A stretch of DNA of 63,851 bases, counting the filler, from Folioceros fuciformis (taxonomy: Eukaryota): NCBI GenBank assembly GCA_049999805.1. It is 3 parts of 2 records of this genome, joined end to end, with 100 filler letters (N's around TTAATTAATTAA, not from the genome) between each part and the next. Parts side by side here need not be neighbours in the genome. Positions count along the whole stretch, not along the records: positions 1 to 20,304 come from JBNGIO010006342.1; 2 more parts are not named here. One strand, written 5' to 3'. Position 1 is the stretch's first letter; each line of letters opens with the position of its first letter. Of this stretch, positions 1 to 17,090 are shown piece after piece. Position numbers and translations under genes: made by a program. Under the pieces are notes generated by a model that searched no databases, was not told the origin of the DNA, and saw nothing but the letters and a program-made list of their open reading frames with translations.

Positions 1-255
1 GCCGGGCTGAGCTGCCTCCGGAAAACAATCTGGAAAAAGTTTCAGATAGGGGTGGCCCAGGCGGAGATGCCATAGCTTCTTGACTTCAGCTTTGTTTGAG
101 GTCCGAGCAAATTGGGCTGATCCGAGGGTTGCATTTGCTTCGAGAGTGTAGAGTTGGTATCTTTCTCTCCGCGGCAGATAACCGAAAGGGACTTGTCATA
201 CAGGTAGATCTCACACTTCTGGGCCTTGAAGTGTACTTCATGACTATCCAAGGTT
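1..255 (-). mobile_element. Ty1/copia pol fragment (GAG-pre-integrase region), frameshifted and cut by the window edge
   Basis: Minus strand reads LDSHEVHFKAQKCEI..ICRGEKD, then in another frame LWHLRLGHP (ctatggcatctccgcctgggccacccc), the WHxRLGH GAG-pre-integrase motif. Confidence 0.75.
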
Positions 256-631
256 CCATATGCTTTATCTAGAACTTTTCATACTCTACACTTGGATTCC
301 ACTCGTAGATTCATTAGTATGCTTTGTTGAGGTCATTTTAGAGAGCTGGTCAGAAGAAGCTAATCCTAGGACATAGTGGAAGAAGATGAGGAGAAGTGGA
401 GATGGTCATAGTGGAAGAAAATGGGGAGAAATGGAAGAAAATGGGGAGAAGTGGAGATGGACTGCGCAAGTTGTTTGGGAGAGGTTCACACAATCCCTTT
501 CTTTGTCAAAACTTGGAACTCTTTGAACACGTGAATGGGGAGAAGTGGAGATGGTCTGTGCAAGTTGTCTGGCACAGGTTCACACAATATGTGGCACACA
601 TGCAATCCCTTTCTTTGTCAAAACTTGGAAC

Positions 632-787
632 TCTTTGAACATGTATGGATTGCTACAACAAGCAACTACATCTTTGAACACGCATGGACTGCTACAACAA
701 GCAACTACATCTTTGAACACGTATGGACTGGTACAACAAGCAACTACATCTTTGAACACATATGGACAGGTACAACAAGCAACTACA
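632..787. repeat. 39-bp tandem minisatellite, 4 copies, preceded by a ~90-105-bp duplication (about 440-640)
   Basis: Unit tctttgaaca(c/t)(g/a)(t/c)atgga(c/t)(t/a)g(c/g)tacaacaagcaactaca occurs four times. Confidence 0.9.
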
Positions 788-1399
788 AGGACACCAAATG
801 AAAATTCTTGGAGGCTTGCTATGTACGAGCAAGCTCATTGGTCACATAGATCCTAGGTTGAGGGAGGAGGACTAAACCATTTCTCAAACTTAGTTTTAGT
901 ATGGAATCCCTCATGCACGTATATACACACATGCCAAACAAAGCTAGCCTTAAGATATGGTGAGGGCATACCTCAACCACACTTGTCTATCTTGATAATC
1001 ATTCTTATTGAAATCACATTTGCTAAACTAATAATGGCTATTCTTAACAAGGTCCATGCACTTGAGAGCAACTTACTACAAATCCCCACTATAACTAGCA
1101 TACCCTAGGTTGAAGCAGTGGATTTGCAATGCCCTAGAGGAAGCCCCATGCTACCTAATTTGCCTAGATTGCCATTTGAGTTTCTATATGCCCTTATCTT
1201 GCAATCTACACTCATCATCATATACAATAATTTCTATTTATAGCAATTGGACTTATGCTATCATGCAAAGTACATATGCCCTAGGTAGTTGATGCAGACA
1301 CAAAGTCAAATGCCATTTAAGAGTGAAACAAAGCAAAACTTCTAGACATAGTGGGTCTTTAAGTGAGAGAGGTTCATAATATCTTCCCTAATGAAGAAA

Positions 1400-1900
1400 T
1401 CAAGTGGTAGCAAAATCTTGCAACTCCTTTTGGAAGGACTTCCTTAAGACAAAATGCCAGTTGGCCCTTCTATCTAGGCTTTAGCTTAGCTCATACCTCA
1501 CGCTTCAATGTATTCAGCCTCATAAACTAATCACTATAGCATAGTGTGAACACTTATATATCTTGATTTAAAACTTCCTTCTTGGAAAGCTTGTGGTGGA
1601 CCATCTTGGTCAAGTAGTATCTCGGACATCAACTAGCTCGCGGTTATTGTAGGGCCTTGTCATCCACCTCACAATCCTGCTTTATAATGTCACTTGTCAT
1701 ACTGAAGCCTAAGATTGCAACTTCCATGTCTAAGGGCATACAAGCAATTGTTTCATATACCAGGTCAAATGGTGAATCATTAAGCCTATTACGGCTTGTG
1801 TTCCAATTTGTATACCTTAGAGAGCTCCAAAGAGGTGAGAATCCCACCTTTGTGATTCCTTCTCCCAAAGTTTTAAGAGGTCCAACCCAACCTTCTCCCA
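1400..1900 (-). mobile_element. Degenerate Ty3/gypsy integrase C-terminal remnant
   Basis: Minus-strand ...SPFDLVYETIACMPLDMEV resembles the gypsy TPFxLVYGxEAxxPxExE motif. The later KLKPR*KG resembles KLxPRWxGP. Many stops. Confidence 0.6.
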
Positions 1901-1999
1901 ACGTTGCACACCCTCTCAATTCAAAATGTGTTTAGGAATTTGTAACGAATCTAACTATGTAGTTAGATTGCAAATACATAAGGACATAGAACCTACAAT

Positions 2000-2360
2000 A
2001 TTTTTACCAACAAAACACAAACACAAACAAGGTCTCTTAAGCAGTGCATACACTCCTTGTCTCTATTTTTTAGAGTGTGAAAATAAGGGTCTATCAATAG
2101 GAAAAAGTAATTTGATTTGAGTAAGAAGTTTGGAATGAAACTATGTATTTCAAGGTCTTTATACTTTCTCTCTCCACAATCTATCACCTTCTTTATAAAA
2201 ACCACAAATTTGAGAGTTAAATAGGATGACTACTATGTCCATGTTCCACACCAAGGACTCCATTGAGTATCTTATCTAAGAAAAACGCCTTAGCCATAGC
2301 TGGGAGGTCATTGAGGTCATAACAACTTCCAAGTATCTGGACATCCATCTAGCAAGTTAG
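2000..2360 (+). mobile_element. Possible non-LTR (LINE) reverse transcriptase remnant
   Basis: Fragments KQGLLSSAYT, FGMKLCISRS and EVIEVITTSKYLDIH resemble RT motifs QG..LSP, GLxINxxKT and IEVVxxFKYLG in the expected order. Heavily decayed. Confidence 0.4.
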
Positions 2361-3917
2361 AGCAATGTCAAGAAATCAAAATGCATCTTGTGAGAGCAAC
2401 GTGATCTCAAAGGGAACAATTGTGTGTATACATCCAGCTTCTTGAAAATCACCAAAGCCTCTAATGTAGCATTGCAAAATGTGAAGGCTTAATTGCTCAT
2501 ATCCAAATTCATGCTGTTTTAGCAAAATAAAGAAGGATTTTCCAATTTTGCCAAGCTCATCGGCAAAATTGGTGAAACTCCCAAGAAAGCATCTAAAATG
2601 GCATATTCTAAGTTTTGGCTATGGCAAAACTAGAATTTCACAAGCCTATTTTGTTTAAGGAACCAAGCTATTCATGAACCCTAGCTAGCTTATCTCACAT
2701 GTTGTTCCAATACATATATGAAAGAAGGGGAGAAGATACTACTGCTACAAGTGCAATGAACTTAAGATGCTATTAACCCACCTTCAATTCTTCTCCCCTC
2801 CAGCCACCATTTAAAATTTAGAATGGAGATTTTAGGATCCATATGGCATGCATCACAATAGGGCACCATGGGGAAAAGTGGAGAAAATTGCATTTGGTGA
2901 AGACAACAAGTTGGAAATGCAAGACTAAAGACTATTATAGAGAGGAGGTATAATAATGCATTCAAAGCTCCCAGTCATTACCAATTGATCATTTAAGATA
3001 GAAGAATTATCATAGCAAAAATATCTGTGATGGTCGCGTGTAGCATTTAATTATCAACTAGGAGTTCTATACAGCTATGGTACGACATATGCCTGGCCGG
3101 CCTCTCGGGATATCCATTGTGGCGGTGCTTGGCGAAACGTACAACCGTTTGACTGGTCTCGGTCGAAATGATCCCGTCCACACTGCATATTCTACTCTAA
3201 AACCTTTCTTTCTCATTCAAGCCAAGTCAAGTCCTTTTCGACCCGCCACACATGCCCGTTCACACATGTAACTCGTTCTGCCCTGTCTTTCTACGTCCAT
3301 TCTGGTCTTCCAGAGTGGCGTCTTAGGAAGGGAGTCTGTGCGCGCGGTCAGGTCTGGGCCGTGCTGAACTTGGGCATCAGAATAAAGTAGTAGTAATGTG
3401 GTTTCGTGAAGAATCCAGAGTGTGGGCTCGAATGCTCCCGAATCCGGAAGAGACAAAGTGGGCAGTAGGACCAGATTTTGGGCCGATCCCGAATGTGCAA
3501 GACCAGAGCAGGTAGCTGGATCAGATCGAATTGCTTGGACTAGTAGGTTGCATTCTACCCGTCAAAGAAGAGCGTTAGGGGGATCTATTACGGGGGGAAT
3601 CGGACGGAGTACTACGGTCATAGAGGATATTTATGCTGCCTTTTGTGAACTGGACCAGGGCACACTAGGCAGCATGAATCATACAGGAAGGGCATGAGGG
3701 GAAAGGAGAAGAAAGTGAGCAGACAAGGGTGGTCATATTGTACGGGCACCCGTTTCAGGTCGTACCTATTGCACGGGCAAATCAGGCCAGGGGGCCAACG
3801 CCGGCCGCTGAGAGGAGTCTAGATAACCTTTGGGCCAGATGAAGTCCGGTTCATAAGCGTGTCGAGGGAGAGGTGCTTTGCTCTCTTTTGGCCCTGGTCG
3901 AGGCTGGAAAGGGACAA

Positions 3918-6110
3918 TGGGAAGCGCTGAGCCTCCTGGTGTGCAGCCGGTGTCAGTATTTATGGAGGGCCGCAACGGCAATGGCTACTACGGCCTGAAT
4001 CACACAATGGAATTGGGTTCTGAAGGAGAATTCACTCAGGACGGTCCTGTAGACTACAGGGGCAGGCCTGCCAGGAAGGCCAGCTCGGGAGGATGGAAGG
4101 CTTGCTTCTTCCTCCTGGGTGGGTGCCATCGCAATTCACGACTTGTAGATTGCGGGCCACGACTTTTGAACTCTATCGCAACAGAGTTGTGGGTGTCGTT
4201 GTTGTAGATAAGGAGCGATAAAATGTTGCTGATTGTAAAGTTGCTGAATGTCATTGATCAGGGATGGACTTGACAGACAGGATGAGCCTCTACGGCATTT
4301 TCTCTAATCTGGTGACTTACTTGACGGAAGTGCAGGGAATAGGCCTGGCGGCTGCTGCCAAAGACGTCAACAATTGGACGGGAACCGTCTTGTTCTCTGC
4401 AGTGCCGGGGGCGTTTCTGGCCGACGCATTTTGGGGCCGCTATAACTCAATTGCGTTCTGGGGTATGGTCAACCTCCTCGTAAGTGACTGACATTCTCAA
4501 CCACATTGCAGTGTCCAGGACTCAGATCGAGCTGACCGTGATGGACGTGGCATGGCTTCAGGGACACATCATGCTGGTGTGCAGCGTGACGGTGGATTGG
4601 TTGAGGCCCCCCTGTCTAGCCGACTCCACTATTCCCTGCACGCCCATCGGCGACGCATCTTCTTCCTCCTCTCCCTCTACGTCGTTGCTTTGGGGACGGG
4701 AATGATGATGCCGTCTACTACTTGCCTGGGAGCCGCGCAATTCGACCAGGAGGAGCCGAAGGAGGCCCCGCTCGTAAACTCGTTTTTCAACTGGTGGTTC
4801 GCAATGCTGGCAGCGGGAATCGTGCTGTCCGTGACACTGGTGGTCTACATCCAGGATTTCGTGAGCTGGGGCTGGGGATTCGGCGTCCCCACACTCTTCA
4901 TTGCTGTTGCACTTGGCTTCTTCTTCACTGGTACAGGAACCGTGTGGTGGAAGGCAGTCCCTTCACCCAGGTCGCCTAGGTCCTGGTTGCTGCACTCCGG
5001 AAATGGAGGGTCCCGATTCCTGACGACCCCCAGCTTCTGTACGAAGTTCCCGGCAGGAAGCATCTGAATCCCAACAGAAGGCAAATGCTGCACACCGGCT
5101 CCTTCACGTAAGCCCTGGCCAGTCCCAACTCTCCGTCGCACAAGTGCTGTTCCTCAATTCAAGCCATGTGCAAGCTTGTACAAGTTTGCGGCTGCATCTG
5201 GGCTCAACCAAAGTCTAGAGTGTTTTTCACCTTCCAGGTTCTTAGACAAGGCGGCGACTGTGGGCACGGCCGACGAGAAATGCGACCCCTGGAAGACCTG
5301 CACTGTGACACAAGTGGAAGACGTGAAGCTGTTTCTCCGGGTACTTCCTTTCTGGGTGACGCAGGTCGTCTTCTATTCAAGTTACGCCCACCTCGGTACT
5401 CTCTTCACCAAGCAGGGCAGCACCATGGACAACAAACTGGGCGCGCCCACTTCCACATCCCTCCAGCCTCCTTCCAGTTCTTCGCCCAAGTCACTGTCAT
5501 GATCTCCCTTCCCCTTTACGACAGGTTCTTCGTCCCCTTCGCCCGCAAATACACTGGCAAGCCCGGAGGGATCACAGTCCTCCAGCGTATGGGAATAGGA
5601 TACGCGTTGTCATGCCTTTCGATGGTGTGCGCAGCTCTCACGGAGAGGCAGAGGCTGCAGTATATGTGGGACCACGGCCTCGAAGCGCACCCTCGCACCA
5701 AGCTGCCTCTCAGTATCTTCCGACTTCTCCCCCAGTACAGCTTCACAGGGCTTTCGGAGGCGTTCACCATGGTGGCAGGATCCCCGTTCTCCTACGGTGA
5801 GAGTCCAGATCACATGTGGACTGTGGGTGTTTCCATGAGTTTGTCAGCCTCTGGAGCTGGGAACTTTCTCAGCGCCGGCTTCATCTCTCTCACATCCCAC
5901 TTCACGGAGAGGAACGGGAATTATGCGTGGGTCGGGGCGAACATCAACGCCTCCAGCCTGGATACCTTCTACTGGTTCCTGGCTATCAAGGATGCGGTAA
6001 ATATCATCGTCTTCCTGTTCCTGGCCTCCAGGTACAGGTACAAGGAGACAGAGACCTGCGTCGTCACGCGGACTGAGCTTCCTCCAGAAAACATTCATCC
6101 AACTCAATAA
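3918..6110 (+). pseudogene. NRT1/PTR family (NPF) transporter pseudogene, 4 exons (about 3918-4118, 4262-4479, 4562-5108, 5239-6110)
   Basis: NPF hallmarks DG.VDYRG.PA...GGWKA, GAFLADAFWGRY, GAAQFD..SFFNWW, GSPFTQV, RFLDKAA, CTVTQVEDVK and ITVLQRMGIG, with GT-AG introns. Frameshifts near 4650, 4930 and 5440 and an in-frame TAG at 4977-4979. Start codon uncertain (3918, 3962 or 4007). Confidence 0.9.
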
Positions 6111-7062
6111 GCGCGCTTGCTCTTGGAGGCACGATGTGAACTTTGATAAGCACATCGGTGCTCAGAGTTGCGTGGATTGCTCATCGTCAGAGGGTTTACA
6201 TTGGTGTTCCCACTCCGTAATCTTCAAAGTTCGGTCAGTGGGACATAGCATCCGCATATTCACGCTCGCGAGTGACAACGACTGTACATCACAGCTCCAC
6301 CTGAGACATCGCTGAAAAACTGCTGCTCACGGTCATCAACAGCACCTTGATGCAACAATTGGTGCATGGTCCAGCACTGGGCAGTAGCCTAAATTTGTGA
6401 TTGACCAGGCACATTGTGTGAGGGAAGCGGATGGAAGGTGTCACTGAGATATCAGTTGCCTGTGGAGATTCAGCAAAATTCACACAAGAAAAATCTATAA
6501 GATTTCAAGGGCTACTCCTGTCTGGGAGCTGGAACACTCAGTGATGGCATGACTACAGGAGAAACGGCCACAGCAAGCATCTTCGGCCACAGCAAGAACA
6601 TCTTTGTGTTTCGTGTCTATGCCCTTAAAAAAACCCACACCTGAGAATGATAGCCCTAGCTTGCCATATTTATCAACTATTTTGAGTGATAGACCATCCA
6701 TTGAAGAGTACATAATAATACGCCTCAAACTCCCAAAGGCAGGGTTTCCAAAGTTTTCCATGGTGGAGAGATTCCCGAAATGGGTATGTTCCATTTGCAC
6801 AAGGTCGAAGTTATAGCACAATAAGCAAGAAGCAACTAAACACCTAGTACACATATATATTGTTATTTAAAGGTAGCTATATTAACCCCAGACTTAATAT
6901 TCCGCATGATGTTTGAGACTGCTGGCCTATATATCTTTGTGGCCGACCCTAACTTCTGATCTCGAGTGAAAGTAAAGCTCCCGGGCATCGTACGATCGGT
7001 CTTTCTTGTTTCGCTTGCGTTTCTGTGCTCACGCTCTGAGGCCCGCGGCCGGTATCCTCACC

Positions 7063-7572
7063 ATGGGTCACGAAGCTGTGTGGAACTCGCACCCGAAGAA
7101 GTACGGGCCCGGCTCCCGCACCTGGTAAGCTATTCGCTGCTCAGCGCTCCGCCACCGCAGTGTCGGCTGATCTTGAAGGCTTGTGCTATGGATGGTTTCG
7201 TTTAGGTCTGGACCAATTGTATCCGGGCTTGTTTTAGAGCCGCCGCTCGGAGTGTTTCGGGTGTGACTGAAGAATTACTGTTGCCTGCCTTTGTGTGGTG
7301 CAGCCGGGTCTGTGGCAACGGACATGGCATGATCAGGAAGTATGGTATCATGGCCTGCCGTCAGTGCTTCCGAATCTATGCCAAGGACATTGGCTTCGTC
7401 AAGGTGAGTGGCTCAGCGTGTGCCTATTTTGGGAGCTGCTCTAGGGTTACTCAGGGTCTTTCAGCAAAGCGACTGTCTTGGGCCTGAACTCTTCCTTGGC
7501 GTGGGAAAGCCTGTATTTAGGGTTTATCCTTTTGGTGCTTATGGTTGTCCCGTGCTTGTGCAGTACCGTTAA
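7063..7572 (+). CDS. RPS29: 40S ribosomal protein S29 (uS14), exons 7063-7124, 7304-7403, 7564-7572; 56 aa
   Basis: Spliced product is [56 protein letters not shown], with a CxxC...CxxC zinc finger and canonical GT-AG introns. Confidence 0.97.
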
Positions 7573-8299
7573 TGCCATCCAGAAGCCCCCTTGCTGCTTG
7601 AGGAAGCCAAGGGTGGACGGTCAGCAGGGTCAGAATGGATGCTCCTGATGTGAAGATGGCGCAGCTTGTGACAGCGAAGGGTCCATTGTTTGGGCTCATT
7701 TTTGTTTTTCGGTCTGGTCCTCTAATTTGAAGCTGCCACACGTCCAAAGAATTTTTCGGTGGCAGCCTTGAGTTTGTTGATTGATCAACCCTACATGGAA
7801 AAATTTTGTTATGCCTCGTAATTGGTGCTCGTAGGGATTGTGACATAGTTACTAGTTAGTTTGTTTGGTCTCCCCGTCGGACCGTAGGGATCTCACCGTC
7901 TTCGCTGTTTGTGGTCGAGGTCACCGATCTGCTCCACAACGCATCCGACCTCTGAACAAAACTGACTGAAACGAATTGCATGAGGCTCCAGATTTCGCGA
8001 GAACGAGTTATGTTTCGCGAAAGCGCGTCGTGTTGTGCATGAGATTTTGCCGCCCATGGCCCTTTGACTACGCCCTTCTCGCACTCTCCCCACGAAAGTG
8101 ATCGAACACCACAATTCCGAGTCCAAAAGAATTGGGCAGTTCTCATGAATAATTTGAATAATTTTGAACATAATTAGACTGGCCTGACATGCGATCGAAG
8201 ATGATGATCGAAAAGTTGGCAATTTCATTCTAAAATGCCTTCGTAAGAGCTCGCAATTTCATTCTAACATACCCTCTTTTGTCAACGTTGTTGTTTTGG

Positions 8300-8590
8300 A
8301 TTTCGTCCTATATATGGCATTAGCTAACTAGCATTGTCATCTTGTATATGGCTTAGCCTATCAACTCTATGGTCCTGTATTTGGTCTTGTATATAATATT
8401 AGCCGACTAACATTATCCTGTACATGATATTAGTCGATCAATATTGTGGTCCTCTATATGGTATTTGTTGACCAACGTTTGGTCCAGTATATGTCATCTT
8501 GTATATGGCATTAACCGATTAGTGTTGTGGTCCTGATATGACATTAGTTGATCAACTTGTTATGCTCTATATGATATTAGCCAACTCTTA
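8300..8590. repeat. Degenerate AT-rich minisatellite (~35-bp unit) between RPS29 and PGM
   Basis: Recurring gtcc/atcttgtatatg(g/a)(c/t)attag(c/t)(c/t)ga units. Confidence 0.6.
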
Positions 8591-8984
8591 CTATATATAA
8601 TGAACCCTAAACAAGATATTTGTATTAGGAAGGACGGAGAAGCAAGTGTCCTCTAAGGACTGTAATTATGTATGGATTGTACTTAAGACGAGTTTGGGGT
8701 GAGCAGAAGAGGCATTGCCATGAGACATGAGTTTCCCAATTCCGGTAGCGAAGGGAGAGAGAAGCTGGGCCATTAAAGGCTTCCTGGTGCTGCCATGTAG
8801 GCTGCCAAAGTGGACACTTGTGTGGCCGGCAGCACAGATAACGTGGACCCGCGATTTCCTAAATCGCCTTGCACCCTTGTCGTCAGGTCGGGCCTCCAGC
8901 ATCACCATCTCTAGCTCTCGATCTCGCGGGATTGTGCTTTGAATTCTGCTGCCTCGCACCCTCATCCTGCCGCGGGGAGGAGCC

Positions 8985-13382
<4,398 letters not shown>

Positions 13383-13832
13383 AGTCGTACCTTCATCGAT
13401 TGCCTTGTCCACCTATCTATTGATGTCTATCTTCTATTGAAGAAGTTTTGCCGTTACATTTTTCTTTGTACAGTAGGTTGCCTGTGACCCTAATGGGTGG
13501 TGGGCGTACGTGATTGAAAGTCACAGGTCTGATTCGTAACGAATTCTCAACTTGGAGCTGGCTTAAGAGATAGTCACTCATTTGAGCTAGGATAAGTTCT
13601 TGTTTTCTGACAAGTTGATCCGGTGCATCCCATTGCGAAGTGCACAACACGATGTCCTTTGCAATAGAATACAAAGCACCTTCCCTGGGTGAGGTCCTTA
13701 ACAATGTAACACCACTCAAACGAATCATTTCTGGAAATCGTAATAATTCCTGAAACTCCTACCCTTCACCAAAGATGGAATACTGATTGTGAACGACAAC
13801 GCAATGCGACTTAAATAGTCCGCCAGAACACT

Positions 13833-15698
13833 TCACACAGCTTGGCTGGAAGGCTCAGCTGAACTAAGTAACAACAGATTCAGGCAAAGCGCTAGACAAA
13901 TCGTCATCACAACCAAAGCCCTTGCTGCAGCAATCTTGGCTACCCGTCCAACTTGCTTCTCAAGTTGTACTAGATTTCCGCTGACTAAAGAGAAGATCCT
14001 CTGCCCAGAGACATTGAATCCTGTTGAGCTTTGGCCCCTACGGCTGGAATTGAAGGCCGAGAACCAGGTCGCAATGGCAGCCTCACAAAACGACTTGACA
14101 GCTTCTGCGCTCACAGTCCTCGCGACCTCGACCACTAGCTTGCGATTGCTCGGGATGGCTAGTGTCCTTGAGAGCCCATCTACCCAACCACGTGTGTGCC
14201 TTTGTGATCGACTACCACTCTCTGAACCACCGTGTTGCTGAGAAGTAGACCTCTCCCCAAGTTCTCGTTTGCCATTTGACTTAAAACCTGTCCTAGACCT
14301 GCTTCCATCCAAAATTTCTGGCGTCCTTCCATTTGAAACATCTTCAACAAACCTCGCTTCGTCCCTGCCCAGGTTGCTATTCATGCTGCTATTATCCAGC
14401 AGAAAATTCTCATCCAACATTTCTCGGTCTGAATCAAGGCTCTGGTCACTTTCCTCGGGACCTGATGAGCCAATGGACAAAACTTCATGGGAAGTTCTCA
14501 CCAAAGTCTGAACAGCATTGGAGCATACTGATGTAAGTATTTCTTTCACAGGCTCTCTATGTCGAGGTTTTGTCATTCCTGCAACTAACTCCTCGTATAC
14601 ATTCACATCTTTCGTCTTTTCCAAGTAGGCAGTAACAGCGGTCGACACAAACGTCTCGATGCACTCTGAAATGAGGGGTCTTCCCTTGGTGCTGCAGGCA
14701 AAATCCAGAATACTCTCAACAACTGGTGCCCATGAATTATCCAACTCACCATCTGACACATCCGATGCAGAGTCTGGGGATGCATCATATTTGCAACTGG
14801 TTACAACACGAGCTCCATATCGTTTTGATCCTGTACTGGTGCCCTTATAGCACTCAATAACACACATGATGAAGTTTCTCGTTGCACTCCCAACAACGGC
14901 TGAGGCAAACCCTGTACCTGCCGGGCTGAAAAGCTTCCCAAGCATCCGTTCAGGAAGCCGGTCATCCAAGTTTACTCCCACATCTTTTGCATTTTTATGA
15001 TGACTTGAACCCCATGTTCCATCCATCCATTCAGACTCACTACTGAACTCCCTAAACAGATCCACACCGTTCATATGTTCGCATTCAGCGGCATCAATCT
15101 GCTTCGACTTGTTACAGAACAAAGAAGACCATTGAGAAGAAGATGGCTTCGAGGTTTCCACCACGTCCATATCTTTGATCCTGCCCAAGCGACTAACAGT
15201 GTCTCCCACACCTCCCACATACAGTCTAAAAATTTCATCATCATCAGCTGCTTGCGAGCCAGTTGTGGCTTTGGTTACCCCGTTCATAAACTTCCCAGAA
15301 CTCATTCCAGCTTTCAGAATGCCTTGGGAAATGGCAGCGGTCAAGGTCATCAACGTAGTCTTCACATCTTCTGACCTCCCCAACTTCAACAGCTGTCTCA
15401 TACTTTGAGGAACTTCATCGCCGTCAGAGACAAGAAACCTATGCAGATCAGCACAAACCAATTTGGTGCAGCTACTCCCTTTCTCTGCAGCTTCAGAAAC
15501 GTTTGAAAGGGTGTTCAGAAGACTCTGAATTTGACTCCTTTTTTGTGAAACATACGAGGACGTGCATAACCGGTAGGTCCCATATCCACCTAACGCCAGA
15601 GCAGTGCACCCGATAAGCAAATTCCTCCTCCACCGGGGCTCCCAGAAGGCTGCAAGCTCACGTTTGCATTTGGACAGCGATCCCATGACCTCCGCCAT
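13833..15698 (-). CDS. PHLOEM PROTEIN 2-LIKE A10-like protein, intronless, 621 aa
   Basis: Long ORF. The N-terminus RRNLL..ALALGGYGTYRL, DLHRFLVSDGDEVPQSMRQLLKL, GTGFASAVVGSATRN and FVSTAVTAYLEKTKDVNVYEEL match my recollection of the plant PP2-A10 family. Hydrophobic C-terminal tail. Confidence 0.8.
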   Translation of the reverse strand: MAEVMGSLSKCKRELAAFWEPRWRRNLLIGCTALALGGYGTYRLCTSSYVSQKRSQIQSLLNTLSNVSEAAEKGSSCTKLVCADLHRFLVSDGDEVPQSMRQLLKLGRSEDVKTTLMTLTAAISQGILKAGMSSGKFMNGVTKATTGSQAADDDEIFRLYVGGVGDTVSRLGRIKDMDVVETSKPSSSQWSSLFCNKSKQIDAAECEHMNGVDLFREFSSESEWMDGTWGSSHHKNAKDVGVNLDDRLPERMLGKLFSPAGTGFASAVVGSATRNFIMCVIECYKGTSTGSKRYGARVVTSCKYDASPDSASDVSDGELDNSWAPVVESILDFACSTKGRPLISECIETFVSTAVTAYLEKTKDVNVYEELVAGMTKPRHREPVKEILTSVCSNAVQTLVRTSHEVLSIGSSGPEESDQSLDSDREMLDENFLLDNSSMNSNLGRDEARFVEDVSNGRTPEILDGSRSRTGFKSNGKRELGERSTSQQHGGSESGSRSQRHTRGWVDGLSRTLAIPSNRKLVVEVARTVSAEAVKSFCEAAIATWFSAFNSSRRGQSSTGFNVSGQRIFSLVSGNLVQLEKQVGRVAKIAAARALVVMTICLALCLNLLLLSSAEPSSQAV

Positions 15699-16379
15699 TC
15701 CACAAAAATAACACTCTCAGAATGGCCTGCTTTGACCATCGAGAAACCCGCCCTCATGCTTCTTCGGACGTCCGTCCTTCATTCCTCTTGCCTGCAAAGC
15801 AAGAACGAACAGCCTGCGCCTCGAACAAGCGAGGCAATCACAGAATTTCACGGCAGCAAACGCAAAGGCCAACCAACCGCCTTGACCCCCAACGCTCCCC
15901 CCCCCCCCACCCCCCGTAAGAGAGAGTCACGCAGTACCCTGCAACAGAGATTGCCACATCTGGTTCAGTATGATCAAGCTATACAAAATTCCGAGTTCCT
16001 CACCACCGAAGCTGCAGGCCTGCGACAAGCAAAGTAAGAAGCAAAAGACAAATGGGAAAGGCAGAGCAGCCTGTGATTTTGCAGCGACCGCCGGATCCCC
16101 ACCTTCTGACGTCTACACGCACAGATTCCACGAGTTGTTCGAAGCCAAGGCCTGAGGTGCCTTTAGTCTGCCATAGGCACCATCGCCCTATTGACGCTTT
16201 ACTTAGACTTTCCAAACGAAATTTGAAGTCTTCTTTTATCCCATCTCCAATTCTAAACTAAAATAGATGCTCTCATGCCCAGAGGCTTTCCCATCGATAC
16301 CCGATGGTCATTAAGACAAATACGGGTCTGACTCGATGGCCATTAACGCAAATATGGTCAGACCCGTCCGGACGCGCAA

Positions 16380-16640
16380 CCCGATGTACCCTGGTTTCCT
16401 ATCGACATACGAGACATAGCATCAACCGATGTACCCGGGCTTGATGTTGACATACACGACATAGCAACATCAGAATGTGGTTCCCGTCGGATACCCGGGT
16501 TTTAGCAACATCAGTTTGTGGTTCCCGTCGCATACCCGGGTTTTAGCAACATCAGTTTGTGGTTCCCGTCACATATCCGGGTTTTGTACCCGTTGTCTAT
16601 AGCATTTTCATACCGGCTTTCCATACCCGGGATGAAAGGT
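16380..16640. repeat. Tandem/subterminal-type repeats (~41-bp unit tagcaacatcagtttgtggttcccgtc..atacccgggttt, 3 copies, plus scattered acccggg motifs)
   Basis: Directly visible repeated units at 16462-16585. Confidence 0.8.
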
Positions 16641-16734
16641 TTCTAAACCCGTGGGTTTTTCAAAGTCCAGGTTTCAAATAAGCTTTTCAAATTTATGCGC
16701 TTCTATGCGATCATGAAAGAAAGCGGTGGATGCA

Positions 16735-17090
16735 AAGATAGGACGCCTAACCAGTTGCACCTCATGGTAGGAGTGTGGGGATAGGACGTCTAATATGCTG
16801 CACCTCATGGCAGGAGTGTGGAGAACCTCATGGCAGGAGCATGGAGACAGGACGCTTAATATGCTGCACCTCATGGCAGGAGTGTGGAGATAGGACGCCT
16901 CATTTGCTGCACCTCATGGTAGGAGTGTGGAGATAGGACACCTAATCTACTGCACCTCATGGTAGGAGAGTGGATTGAATTTCAAGGGCAAGGATCTTAC
17001 ATGAAGTTCTTTCTCATCGCACCTCATGGTAGGAGAGCGGATTGAATTTCAAGGGCAAGGATCTTACATGAAGTTCTTTCTCATCACTAA
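16735..17090. repeat. ~40-45-bp tandem repeat (gcacctcatggYaggagtgtggagataggacg) followed by a ~66-bp direct duplication
   Basis: About seven acctcatggYaggag cores. ggattgaatttcaagggcaaggatcttacatgaagttctttctcatc occurs twice. Confidence 0.85.

Noticed and set aside
535-856. Repeat-protein ORFs (FEHVWTATTSNYI units)
   Set aside because: They are a by-product of the 39-bp minisatellite.
6289-6854. Minus-strand ORFs between the NPF pseudogene and RPS29 (FSCSHAI is faintly kinesin-like)
   Set aside because: There is only a single weak motif and no supporting exon structure.
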